The notes beneath the pieces are model-generated. The model worked only from the letters and a program-made list of their open reading frames with translations. It searched no databases and was not told the DNA's origin. A stretch of DNA of 64,000 nt from Sphingobacteriales bacterium (GTDB lineage Bacteria; Bacteroidota; Bacteroidia; Chitinophagales; Chitinophagaceae): assembly GCA_004144175.1 (NCBI GenBank), contig SEFT01000011.1, positions 55,405 to 119,404 on the forward strand, read 5' to 3'. Positions 20,038 through 29,167 of the stretch are shown here, piece by piece (positions within the stretch are counted from its first letter, which is position 1; every line of letters begins with the position of its first letter). The position numbers were made by a program, and so were the translations under genes.

Positions 20038-21387
20038 CTACTGCTTGTACACCTTACCAGACATCTCTTTTGTATCTGCCGTGTAAATTTTATAGATATA
20101 TAAACCTGCAGGTATCTGGCTCATATCTATCTGCACATTGTTTGTCGCCGGCTTAACAATCTGTTTTACAAGCAAGCCAATCATATTGTACACACAGATA
20201 CGCTCAACATTCTGCAGCTCGCTTACATCCAGCGTAAGCATGGACTGCACCGGATTGGGGTATGCCTCCACAGTCGACTTTAAATGCAAACGATCTTTTA
20301 GACCTGTAGGTTCCAGCTTACCAACCACCTTGCATCCTGAGTCTGGCTGCGTGAGGAACGGGACAACAGATACGGCTACACGCTTATTAAAGTCAGAATA
20401 GCGGTCAGATATTTTTGCTTTGATCTTAGCAGAATCATTCGAACCGAAATAATTCCCCGAAAGGTCCAGGTCCACTGTAGCATCGCTCGCCACATCAAAA
20501 ATTTCGCTGCTGTCTATACAGTTGTTCCTGATTATTCCCTGTCCTGCACCCCTAAAGTGCATGCCTACTTTATTGTACCGTACCGTATTGCTTTCAAAAA
20601 TAAAATCCCCTTCATTCATTTCCACCCCCGATTGGCAATATGCCATTACATTATTGCTTATAGGATACTTCTGTTTTGCCCCACACATCAAACCATACAT
20701 ACAATCAATGATAACGTTATGCTGGAATCTTGCATTGTACGCGGCGAACGACGCACCTATACCCGAAGGATTGGTAATTTTATTACCGGTAATATCAATT
20801 TCACCCTCACCTTCAATATACATCGCCATCGTTGCCTTTACAGAAAAGGAATTGTTGACTATTTCACCAAAAGACCTGATCTCCATATTCACACCACCCA
20901 TCACATTGTTTTTTAAACACATGCTGTCTGTTTTGCCAATAAGTGAGTAGTCGTCTGAGGGCATATTGCAATTCGTAATACTTCCAAAGGACGTGTTCGC
21001 AAGATGAATGGTCCTGCTTACGTATGCGAAGTCGCAGTAGTTTAGCATAAAGTCGCCCGTACCACCATCATGCCTTACCTTGATGCCGTACCAAATAGCG
21101 GTATGCGGATTTCCAGAGGCTGTCGTAAACTTGATATGGTCTGTAGCAGTGCCGGAGGCAATTAATGACCCATCTACATATATTGTTACGCCATCTGTTA
21201 TTTTCATTTCTACCCCTGGCTCTATAGTCAGCAATACGTCCTTATCGACTAACACATCACCATCAATAATATAGGGGCTGTTCGCTTTAGTCCAAATCGT
21301 ATTTTGACTAATTACACCCTTAAAATTTGTAGCAAAGGAAGCAGTGAATAAGAAAGCTGAAATGAAGGTTAATAAAACTTTACGCAT
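20038..21387 (-). CDS. T9SS type-A cargo protein with right-handed parallel beta-helix
   Basis: Signal peptide; WTKANSPY; repeated I.NN/SN turns; C-terminal AYPNP...IYNMIG...PAGLYIYKI sorting domain. Confidence 0.88.
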   Translation of the reverse strand: MRKVLLTFISAFLFTASFATNFKGVISQNTIWTKANSPYIIDGDVLVDKDVLLTIEPGVEMKITDGVTIYVDGSLIASGTATDHIKFTTASGNPHTAIWYGIKVRHDGGTGDFMLNYCDFAYVSRTIHLANTSFGSITNCNMPSDDYSLIGKTDSMCLKNNVMGGVNMEIRSFGEIVNNSFSVKATMAMYIEGEGEIDITGNKITNPSGIGASFAAYNARFQHNVIIDCMYGLMCGAKQKYPISNNVMAYCQSGVEMNEGDFIFESNTVRYNKVGMHFRGAGQGIIRNNCIDSSEIFDVASDATVDLDLSGNYFGSNDSAKIKAKISDRYSDFNKRVAVSVVPFLTQPDSGCKVVGKLEPTGLKDRLHLKSTVEAYPNPVQSMLTLDVSELQNVERICVYNMIGLLVKQIVKPATNNVQIDMSQIPAGLYIYKIYTADTKEMSGKVYKQ

Positions 21388-21592
21388 AAAAAAGGTTTTT
21401 TAGGTTATCGTAAAAGTATAGAAATGATTGGAATTAAAATTAGGTTAACGTCGTGTCCTTGTCATTTATTCCCTTATTAAAAATGTAGCCTTAAGGCACG
21501 AATTGTACTCGCCTTAGTTACTCAATGCTTGGTTCAGGCATCGTATCTTCATTAGAATAGTGATATTCAGGCAAGATTAACATTCCTGTCCT

Positions 21593-21600
21593 TATCTTTG
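21593..21600 (+). promoter_or_regulatory. -7 promoter element of the ABC-F gene
   Basis: TATCTTTG about 105 nt upstream of the ATG. Confidence 0.6.
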
Positions 21601-21626
21601 CACTACCGCAAACGACAGTACTAATA

Positions 21627-21701
21627 ATGTAGACACATCTTTCTTTTAAGCCAAGACAAAAGAGTACCCGCCGGTACTGATTGTTCATTTTTAAAGAAAG
21701 A
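21627..21701 (+). promoter_or_regulatory. Putative attenuator-type 5' leader (start-stop uORF plus nested hairpin)
   Basis: ATG-TAG at 21627-21632; 21638-21649 pairs with 21690-21701 at 11 of 12 positions including G-U; inner AGTACC-cgcc-GGTACT hairpin. Confidence 0.4.
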
Positions 21702-21705
21702 ACCT

Positions 21706-23292
21706 ATGCTTAGTCTACAGCATATTACATACTTCCATCCTGATAAGGAGTTGTTATTCGATGACATAAGCTTCTCGATCAATAAACACGAAAAGATAGC
21801 CTTGGTAGGCAATAACGGCAGTGGTAAATCTACCCTGCTAAAGATACTTGCCGGCGAATTGCAGCCATCATCTGGCACTGTCAAGGCCGATGCAAAACCA
21901 TACTATATTCCGCAGCTTTTTGGCCAGCATAACGACCTTACTATTGCACAAGCATTGCAGATAGATAGCAAGCTGAACGCCCTGAAGGAAATACTAGCCG
22001 GAAATGTAACAGAGGCCAATATGAACACATTGGATGATAATTGGACCATTGAAGAACGCTGCTATGAAGTATTGGCCAACTGGCAACTTGAAGGACTTTA
22101 TCTCGAGCAAAAGTTATCCTCCCTCAGCGGAGGACAAAAGACCAAGGTATTTCTGGCTGGTATTGACATCCATCAGCCGGAAGTAGTGTTGATGGACGAG
22201 CCAAGCAACCATTTGGATGCCGCAGGCCGCATGCTGCTGTACAACTACGTCAGCAAGGCGAATGCTACACTGATAGTCGTAAGCCATGACAGAACACTAC
22301 TGAATCTACTTAACACAGTGTATGAGCTTAGCAAGCATAATATAAACATCTACGGCGGAAATTATGAATTTTATAGAGAGCAGAAAGCAATAGAAGCGGA
22401 AGCACTCAACAGCGACTTGCGAAGCAAAGAGAAGGCACTCCGTAAAGCCAGGGAAATAGAGCGTGAAACCATAGAGCGTCAGCAGAAACTAGATGCACGT
22501 GGCCGAAAGAAACAGGATAATGCCGGTGTGCCAACCATCATGCTGAACACCTTGAAAAATAATGCAGAGAAAAGTACATCGCGCATAAAAGATGCTCATG
22601 CCGAAAAAACAAACAGCTTAGCGAAAGACCTGAATGAACTGCGGAAGGAACTACCCGACAAAAACAAGATGAAGATAGGCTTCGATGATACATCACTCCA
22701 TCGCGGCAAGGTATTGCTAACCGCCAGAGACATTAATTACAGCTATGACGAAACGCTACTATGGCAATTGCCGGTGAGCTTCCAATTGACCAGCGGCAAA
22801 AGCATAGCCATAAAAGGTGCAAACGGAAGCGGCAAAACGACGCTAATAAAAATCATAATGGGCGCACTGCAACCAACGGCGGGCAACATGGAACGTGCAG
22901 CAGCAAACATTATCTACATCGACCAGGATTATACCCTGATACAAAACGCCAAGACTGTATACGAACAAGCACTGGCCTACAACACGGCAAACCTGCCAGA
23001 GCACGAGGTGAAAAGCCGGCTTACACACTTTCTATTTACTAAAGAATCCTGGGATAAGTCTTGTGATGCGCTCAGCGGTGGCGAACGGATGCGGCTTATT
23101 CTTTGCTGCCTTACATTATCGCAACAGGCACCGGATATTATCATATTGGATGAGCCTACCAACAACCTCGATCTTCAGAATATTGAGATACTCACAAATG
23201 CGATCAGCGATTATAAAGGCACCTTAGTAGTTGTATCACACGACGCTTACTTCCTGGAGCAGATAGGGATTGATGAATTTATCCAACTATAA
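21706..23292 (+). CDS. ABC-F family ribosome-associated ATPase
   Basis: Two ABC domains (GNNGSGKS/LSGGQ/MDEP; GANGSGKT/LSGGE/LDEPTNNLD), interdomain helical linker, no TM. Confidence 0.93.
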   Translation: MLSLQHITYFHPDKELLFDDISFSINKHEKIALVGNNGSGKSTLLKILAGELQPSSGTVKADAKPYYIPQLFGQHNDLTIAQALQIDSKLNALKEILAGNVTEANMNTLDDNWTIEERCYEVLANWQLEGLYLEQKLSSLSGGQKTKVFLAGIDIHQPEVVLMDEPSNHLDAAGRMLLYNYVSKANATLIVVSHDRTLLNLLNTVYELSKHNINIYGGNYEFYREQKAIEAEALNSDLRSKEKALRKAREIERETIERQQKLDARGRKKQDNAGVPTIMLNTLKNNAEKSTSRIKDAHAEKTNSLAKDLNELRKELPDKNKMKIGFDDTSLHRGKVLLTARDINYSYDETLLWQLPVSFQLTSGKSIAIKGANGSGKTTLIKIIMGALQPTAGNMERAAANIIYIDQDYTLIQNAKTVYEQALAYNTANLPEHEVKSRLTHFLFTKESWDKSCDALSGGERMRLILCCLTLSQQAPDIIILDEPTNNLDLQNIEILTNAISDYKGTLVVVSHDAYFLEQIGIDEFIQL

Positions 23293-23356
23293 CCTGCAAA
23301 GCAGTGAACGGTACTAAAGAGTACAAATATGGGAATGGGCAAATAAGCAGTAAAGT

Positions 23357-23383
23357 AAAAGGTCCGCTAGTCGCGGACCTTTT
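23357..23383. terminator. Bidirectional intrinsic terminator
   Basis: AAAAGGTCCGC-tagtc-GCGGACCTTTT. Confidence 0.85.
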
Positions 23384-23386
23384 GTT

Positions 23387-24196
23387 CTATTGCTGTTTAT
23401 TGTAATACTCCATCGCCTTCGGCAAGAATGTTTTTATATCGGCTATACGGGTATCGTCGCTTGGGTGCGTGCTGAGTATTTCAGGCGGATTTGCCGTGCT
23501 TTGCTGTTGCATCTTCTCCCAGAATGTTACAGCTGCGTTGGGGTTATACTTAGCATATGCCATGTAGTATAGTCCGGCCTCGTCCGATTCTGTCTCTTGT
23601 TTGCGAGAGAAAGCCAGCGTACCCAGCGTACTACCGACCCCAAAGGCCGCAGCAAAAAGTTGCTGTGCATCTGAAGGATTTTGTGACATAAGCGTGGACA
23701 GTGCCGCCCCACCATAGCTTGCCAGCAGTTGTTGGCTCAGGCGCTCGTTACCATGCTTCAGCACTGCGTGGGCTATTTCATGGCCCACCACTACGGCTAG
23801 CTCATCATCGGTAGCAGTTAAGGGTAGTATACCACTGTACACTACGATCTTACCTCCGGGCATACACCAGGCATTTGCCTGCTCATTGTTTATCAGGTTA
23901 AACTCCCATTGATAACCGCTGACGAGGCCAGACTGTCCAATGTCTGAAAGGTATTGTTGCACGCCTCCTATCACACGTGTACTCACTCTTGCAACCTTGT
24001 CAGCTTCAGGTGTACCTGTAACGGGCGGATTTTCATTTAAGAATGCTGTGTATTGCTCCTGCGCCATAGTCATTACTGTGCCGTCATCCACAAGGCTCAG
24101 CGTATTGCGACCACTGGCGTTCTTCTCGCACGAGTAGAAAGCCATTGACATTACGATAATACCAATTATGGCCGCGAAAAAATGTAGCTTTTTCAT
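23387..24196 (-). CDS. M48 family metallopeptidase, lipoprotein
   Basis: NAWCMPGGKI, HEIAH, FSRKQETESD, LSTHPS; FYSC lipobox-like. Confidence 0.93.
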   Translation of the reverse strand: MKKLHFFAAIIGIIVMSMAFYSCEKNASGRNTLSLVDDGTVMTMAQEQYTAFLNENPPVTGTPEADKVARVSTRVIGGVQQYLSDIGQSGLVSGYQWEFNLINNEQANAWCMPGGKIVVYSGILPLTATDDELAVVVGHEIAHAVLKHGNERLSQQLLASYGGAALSTLMSQNPSDAQQLFAAAFGVGSTLGTLAFSRKQETESDEAGLYYMAYAKYNPNAAVTFWEKMQQQSTANPPEILSTHPSDDTRIADIKTFLPKAMEYYNKQQ

Positions 24197-24338
24197 TATC
24201 CCTTTGCTGTTTGGTGATTATTAATAGCAATTTCGTACCAAAATCTGTAATCACTCGTAGAGGCAACGATACCGGAATGATAGTTAATCCGTTAGGCCAA
24301 AAATCTCACTCCGGATGGGCTGTCACAATCTTATACCA

Positions 24339-24791
24339 TTAGGTCAATCTTTTCTGGAAACACAAGCTGCTTTCTACACCGGCATATTGCCCGTAATTAG
24401 GTATACGGATGTAGCCACTTTTCTGATATAGCCTGATTGCCTCGGGCATTTTATCGCCTGTCTCCAGCACACAGCGGCTGTAGCCCAGTTCTTTAGCCCA
24501 CTGTTCCAGCTCGGCCAGCACAGCCACCGCTATACCTTTGCCCCGCATCTGTACAGCTACAAACATGCGCTTTACCTCCATAGCGTCAGTGGCATATTCT
24601 TTCATCGCACCACACCCTACTGCCGTACCGCCGACATAGGCTACTACCGCATGAGCTATGTTGTCCACCTTATTGTATTGGGCAAAGAAGGCATTCTTAT
24701 CTCCATTGCGGATGGCCAGATCGGCATCCAGCTGCTGTACCAGCCTACGGAAGTCTTCGTTGGCAGAGTTTGTCCGTTTGCATTTTATCAT
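24339..24791 (-). CDS. GNAT N-acetyltransferase
   Basis: VGCGAMK, EVKRMFV, RGKGIA, LETGDKMPEAIRLYQKSGY. Confidence 0.92.
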   Translation of the reverse strand: MIKCKRTNSANEDFRRLVQQLDADLAIRNGDKNAFFAQYNKVDNIAHAVVAYVGGTAVGCGAMKEYATDAMEVKRMFVAVQMRGKGIAVAVLAELEQWAKELGYSRCVLETGDKMPEAIRLYQKSGYIRIPNYGQYAGVESSLCFQKRLT

Positions 24792-25003
24792 AAACAGTCT
24801 ATTTAGCTGTAAAATTGTTATCTGCTTGTTGGTAGCCGCAATTTATAGCCAGGGTGAATTGATTTATCTCGGGATTATACAGAGGTCGCAGACGACTTGA
24901 TAATACGAACCTATCTACACTGATGAAACTGAAAAATATATGGTTGATTTTCAACGCCATACCAAACAATCCGGATTTATGTTTGTTATCGAATCGTGAT
25001 TTA

Positions 25004-25022
25004 ATGCTATAAAGTATAGCAT
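25004..25022. promoter_or_regulatory. Palindromic candidate operator upstream of the AhpD-like operon
   Basis: ATGCTATA-aag-TATAGCAT perfect inverted repeat ending 42 nt before the ATG. Confidence 0.35.
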
Positions 25023-25064
25023 AGCCAATAAGTAATGTTATTTTTATAAAGATCAACCCTTTTT

Positions 25065-25634
25065 ATGCGGAATACGATTTATAAGCTTACGGAGTATGAC
25101 CAGGCTACCCCCGGCGTACAGAACATATATGATGAGTCGAAAAGGATGCTGGGCCTGCCCTTTGTGCTCAACTGGATAAAATGCCAGGGCAGCAACGAAG
25201 ACCTGTTGACGGGTAATTGGACAAAGCTAAAGAACACGCTCATAGTAGGCAAAGTACCCAATATCCTCAAACAGCTTATTATTTACAATGTTTCGGCTAA
25301 GAAGGGATGCGACTATTGCAGCCAGGCCCATGGAATATTTGCCAATATGATGGGCAAATCGATGCATAGCGACACTGATTTTAAGATAACGGAGAACCTG
25401 GAAACAGAACTGGTACCTAAAAGCTACCGTACTGCCATCAGGGTTGTTACCAATGCAGCGCTGGCGCCTGCAAGCATTACCGACAAGGATGTGGAAGACT
25501 TGCAAGATGCAGGATTCTCAGAAGGAGAGATAACAGAGCTACTTGCACAGGCCGACCTTGTGAACATGCTCAATACTATAGCCGATATATCGGGCATTAA
25601 AATTGACAGCGAACTGCTGGAAATGGCCAACTAA
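25065..25634 (+). CDS. AhpD/carboxymuconolactone-decarboxylase-like protein with CxxC
   Basis: LKQLIIYNVSAKKGCDYCSQAH core; C-terminal DVEDLQDAGFSEGEITELLA..DLVNMLNTIAD. Confidence 0.85.
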   Translation: MRNTIYKLTEYDQATPGVQNIYDESKRMLGLPFVLNWIKCQGSNEDLLTGNWTKLKNTLIVGKVPNILKQLIIYNVSAKKGCDYCSQAHGIFANMMGKSMHSDTDFKITENLETELVPKSYRTAIRVVTNAALAPASITDKDVEDLQDAGFSEGEITELLAQADLVNMLNTIADISGIKIDSELLEMAN

Positions 25635-26488
25635 TGCCAGGCATTACAGATCATTCGGGCCCCGACATTGCGGCGCTCCGATACCGCGTTGTATATGAAG
25701 CGCTAGCAAGGCTTAGCTGCAATATCAATAAAAGCGAAGCGGTTAGTGAACTAAGGGATTGTATACACTCCGACCTCAAGTACCTATTCGACAGTGTAGC
25801 TGTACGCTTCCTGGTGACGGGTTCGCGGCAAATGAATACCTTTTCGATAGGGGCTAACGAGCGTACCGAAAAAGTATTTTCGCGCGAAGTAGAGTCTATC
25901 CGGTTTTCATTTGAAAAACAGGCTGCCGAAAGCCTGACCCCACAGCTAATAGACGGGAATGAGGCAGTTGAAAACGCTATCGGTGTATTCGTAAGTGAAG
26001 ACTTTCTGCAAAAGGTAGATGCTATTTGGGTTTTCTCCTTTGCCATACATGGCTTGTCGCTGGTGGCGTCGGTATATTCCGGGCCTGACCATAAATTTCG
26101 CAACACCGACATTGCTATCTTGAAGATCGTTTGCGAATCATTTTTGGCTAAGATATATAGCCTCGAACTGGTGCATGAGGCTGTGCTCGTACGGACCGAT
26201 CTGGAAGAAGCGGTAGTAAAAATTACCAGGCTGGTGAGTGAGCAGGAACTAATTATCCAACAACGCACCGAACAATTGCAGCTACGCAATGACCAGCTTA
26301 GCGAAATTGGCCAATTTAACGCCCATAATATACGCGAACCTCTGACACGCATATTTGGCCTGCTGGAGCTAAGCAAGATATCATCGCAGGACGAGACAAC
26401 AAATGACCTACTTCCACTGCTGTACAAATCATCGACCGACCTGGATGAAGCTGTAAAAAATGTAATTACTTTTATAGACGAAAAGTAA
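25634..26488 (+). CDS. GAF-like domain + coiled coil + histidine phosphoacceptor (HisKA), no ATPase domain
   Basis: TAATG overlap with the upstream gene; GAF-end helix KFRNTDIAILKIV; H-box NAHNIREPLTRIFGLL; ends after the second DHp helix. Confidence 0.8.
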   Translation: MPGITDHSGPDIAALRYRVVYEALARLSCNINKSEAVSELRDCIHSDLKYLFDSVAVRFLVTGSRQMNTFSIGANERTEKVFSREVESIRFSFEKQAAESLTPQLIDGNEAVENAIGVFVSEDFLQKVDAIWVFSFAIHGLSLVASVYSGPDHKFRNTDIAILKIVCESFLAKIYSLELVHEAVLVRTDLEEAVVKITRLVSEQELIIQQRTEQLQLRNDQLSEIGQFNAHNIREPLTRIFGLLELSKISSQDETTNDLLPLLYKSSTDLDEAVKNVITFIDEK

Positions 26489-26514
26489 TTGTCAGCTAGA
26501 AATATCACCACAAC

Positions 26515-26880
26515 ATGGAGGCAAGGAAAATAATGCTGGTAGATGATGAGCCCATCACCAACATGATAAACAAAAGAATGCTTCAGCACCAAAATCCTGC
26601 ACACGAAATTTTAGATTTTACGGATCCGGAAAAGGCTTCCAAAGAACTTAGCGGTATAGCGCCTGATATCATCTTCCTCGACATCAACATGCCCGTAATG
26701 AATGGCTGGCAGTTTCTCGAGGCAATGGAACGACAGCAACTACTCTACCCTGTAATAATGCTGACCAGCAGTACCAGCCAAACTGATAAAGAAAGAAGCA
26801 AGCAACACTCCAACATCAAAAAATTCCAATCTAAACCATTGAGGATCGAAGACCTGCCGACGCTGTTTGATGGTATTTAG
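26515..26880 (+). CDS. Single-domain response regulator (receiver)
   Basis: MLVDDE, IFLDINMPVMNGWQFL, MLTSS, SKP. Confidence 0.93.
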   Translation: MEARKIMLVDDEPITNMINKRMLQHQNPAHEILDFTDPEKASKELSGIAPDIIFLDINMPVMNGWQFLEAMERQQLLYPVIMLTSSTSQTDKERSKQHSNIKKFQSKPLRIEDLPTLFDGI

Positions 26881-26977
26881 TTTCACCTCATCTTTTTGTT
26901 CGATCAATAACAGGATTGATAAACGGGCACAGCTAGCGTAGAAATGAGAAAATGGAAACGATTTGCTTACGGGACCA

Positions 26978-27652
26978 CTAATTGCTTATAATGAACTCAA
27001 TAGAGTTTAAAGCCCGCATTACAGCATCCGGCGCTTGACATCTTATATCTGAAATTAAAACCTTATCACCATCGACCAGTTGCTGAAACCCTTTTTTCGT
27101 TTTGGTTGTGAAGACGGCGCCTTGCAGGCTTTCAGCATATATAGTGTTTCCCTTTCTTATTATGGCAATGGTTGCTTTGGTAACAGAAAATCTCATATCA
27201 AAATCGTAACAGGTCAACCTTGTAACTATGCCTTCTTGTGCCTGTAATACAGCCTTTGATATAACCCCACCCATTTTGCCGGCAACTGTAGCTTCAGGAT
27301 CCGGAACCTGTTTAACCCTAAACTCAGTAGTACCAAGGTGCTTTGCTGATTTTTTTTCGCTTATCGCTATCGACATCCGTCCATGCTTCTCGGGATATAT
27401 CAGGTAGCTACATTTGTCGCTACCCATTTCTACCTTGCCATTATCAACGGCTATAGTAAGTGCGTCGCATTTATAACCTTCAACGGCTATATTAATTGGG
27501 TTAGGTACACCAAGATACACGACATTCATCCTTGCGTTAGACACTACCATTCTCTGCGACTGAGCAACCAATGGCACAAAGCCCATCAAGACTGTTCCAA
27601 TAATTAAGATCTTTAGAATCCTCTTAGTAAGTGATGAAATGAGTTGCGGCAT
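26978..27652 (-). CDS. GldM-family protein with C-terminal domains only
   Basis: SNARMNVVYLGVPNPINIAVEG and EFRVKQVPDPEA resemble GldM/PorM distal domains; short signal-like N-terminus. Confidence 0.75.
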   Translation of the reverse strand: MPQLISSLTKRILKILIIGTVLMGFVPLVAQSQRMVVSNARMNVVYLGVPNPINIAVEGYKCDALTIAVDNGKVEMGSDKCSYLIYPEKHGRMSIAISEKKSAKHLGTTEFRVKQVPDPEATVAGKMGGVISKAVLQAQEGIVTRLTCYDFDMRFSVTKATIAIIRKGNTIYAESLQGAVFTTKTKKGFQQLVDGDKVLISDIRCQAPDAVMRALNSIEFIISN

Positions 27653-27764
27653 ATAAATAAAGTTACAAGTAGCTTCTCGATTTACGTATAGGAGACACCT
27701 CCTAATATAGACTTGCACTTGAAACGTTGTAAATAACTCATTGAAAATCTTATTTTTGGGCACT

Positions 27765-28445
27765 ATGCAGAATAACACGACAGACATTGATGAAGCGGTG
27801 GCTATCATCGAGCGCATATCTGTGGTGCCGGTGATACTGGAGATCGTATGCTATGTAACGGGCATGGGCTTCGCTGCCGTAGCACGCGTAACACAAGACA
27901 GGTGGATAGCCTGTGATGTACGCGACCTGATATGCTTCGGCCTGAAGCGGGGTGGCGAGTTAAAAATAGACACTACGCTGTGTAATGAGATCCGCGATAG
28001 CCGTACCGCCATCATTATAGACCATGTGGTGAATGATGCTGAGTACTGCGGCCACCACACGCCGGCTACTTATGGGCTCCAAAGCTATATATCTGTACCT
28101 ATTATCCTTGCTGATAACGATTTTTTTGGTACGCTTTGCGCCATTGACCCTAATCCCGCCAAACTAAAGAACAGCGCTATACCTGAGCTATTCAGCGCAT
28201 ATGCAGATCTTATAGCCTTCCTGATAGATGCAGTACGGCTGAACCCCGGTGCTGCAACGCAACTGCGCCAGCGTGCTGTAATGTCGCTGAGGGCACATCT
28301 TGTGAACACTACCGGCCATACAATGGAGCGCCATACCCATAACGGCAACAATGGCGAAGTATCAAGCGTACCGCTCGATGAGGTAATAACTAAGGCTGTG
28401 GCAGATGTAAGAGCCCTATCGAAATCTTTGAGCGCTGCGATATAA
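27765..28445 (+). CDS. Stand-alone GAF domain protein
   Basis: TGMGFAAVARVTQDRWIAC, TTLCNEIR, HHTPATYGLQSYISVPI, FFGTLCAIDP; no kinase core follows. Confidence 0.85.
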   Translation: MQNNTTDIDEAVAIIERISVVPVILEIVCYVTGMGFAAVARVTQDRWIACDVRDLICFGLKRGGELKIDTTLCNEIRDSRTAIIIDHVVNDAEYCGHHTPATYGLQSYISVPIILADNDFFGTLCAIDPNPAKLKNSAIPELFSAYADLIAFLIDAVRLNPGAATQLRQRAVMSLRAHLVNTTGHTMERHTHNGNNGEVSSVPLDEVITKAVADVRALSKSLSAAI

Positions 28446-28976
28446 CTACTCTACCGGACCAACTTCCAGCCGTGTAAAATCAACCGGAACAACCAGCAGC
28501 ATTAAAGCATAAATTAAATAGGACAAAACGATCATCATTGGGTAACGCATAAAGAAGGTGCCAATAAATTGCAGCCGTTCTTCGAATGACGAAAGAAAGA
28601 ACAACAGTATAATGGCAATTATAATCGGTAGCAGATACAGACTACATAGAGCTAATTGCTCACCTTCATAAATGGCGTAGTAAGTGTACAATGTATCCAG
28701 CCAGGCCCACTCTCCATCAAGTTCGTACCCTATAATTTCTTTGTTCAAAAAGGTGTAGTAGATTATAGCTGTAAATGTTGCTGCATTAAAAGCGGTTAGG
28801 ATCAACATGATCTGCCTGTGCTTCTTACGCCACACTCCAGGCGAATCGCTTGCCCGAATAAGGGCCGACAGTGGCCAAAGTACCAGCATTAGTATACCCA
28901 GCAGCAGATGATAATCGTAAGGTGCAGTTAGTATATCACCCGGTTCCGGGCCAGGGCCGTTTTGTAACAGTAACAT
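28446..28976 (-). CDS. Hypothetical four-TM membrane protein
   Basis: 176-aa ORF with four hydrophobic segments; its stop abuts the GAF gene stop. Confidence 0.65.
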   Translation of the reverse strand: MLLLQNGPGPEPGDILTAPYDYHLLLGILMLVLWPLSALIRASDSPGVWRKKHRQIMLILTAFNAATFTAIIYYTFLNKEIIGYELDGEWAWLDTLYTYYAIYEGEQLALCSLYLLPIIIAIILLFFLSSFEERLQFIGTFFMRYPMMIVLSYLIYALMLLVVPVDFTRLEVGPVE

Positions 28977-29003
28977 AACAGGGCTAAGCGTTGCCGATAC
29001 AGA

Positions 29004-29018
29004 ACAAGTTATGTGCCA
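29004..29018 (-). promoter_or_regulatory. Sigma-54-like -24/-12 element
   Basis: TGGCACATAACTTGT on the minus strand, 28 nt upstream of the membrane protein ATG. Confidence 0.4.
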
Positions 29019-29167
29019 AATAAGTAACGATACTCAATAGAATCCAACCCTTAAAGGCCTCTTGCAATAAGGGCATGTGTGCAGACCGAATTATTATAAG
29101 CAGCATAATTTACACAGGCATTTGCCCGTATAAATCATGCTGCCAGTATTATTTATAATGAACTAAA

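Noticed and set aside
21706-23292. Naming the ABC-F as a known resistance gene (msr/vga/optrA)
   Set aside because: Subfamily cannot be assigned without phylogeny; only the general ABC-F call is supported
24799-25056. 85-aa minus-strand ORF upstream of the GNAT gene
   Set aside because: TTG start, no motifs, and it occupies the probable divergent promoter region of the AhpD-like operon
25651-26604. 317-aa minus-strand ORF over the GAF-HisKA gene
   Set aside because: Antisense shadow; Ser-rich with no motifs, while the plus strand has a clear H-box and operon coupling
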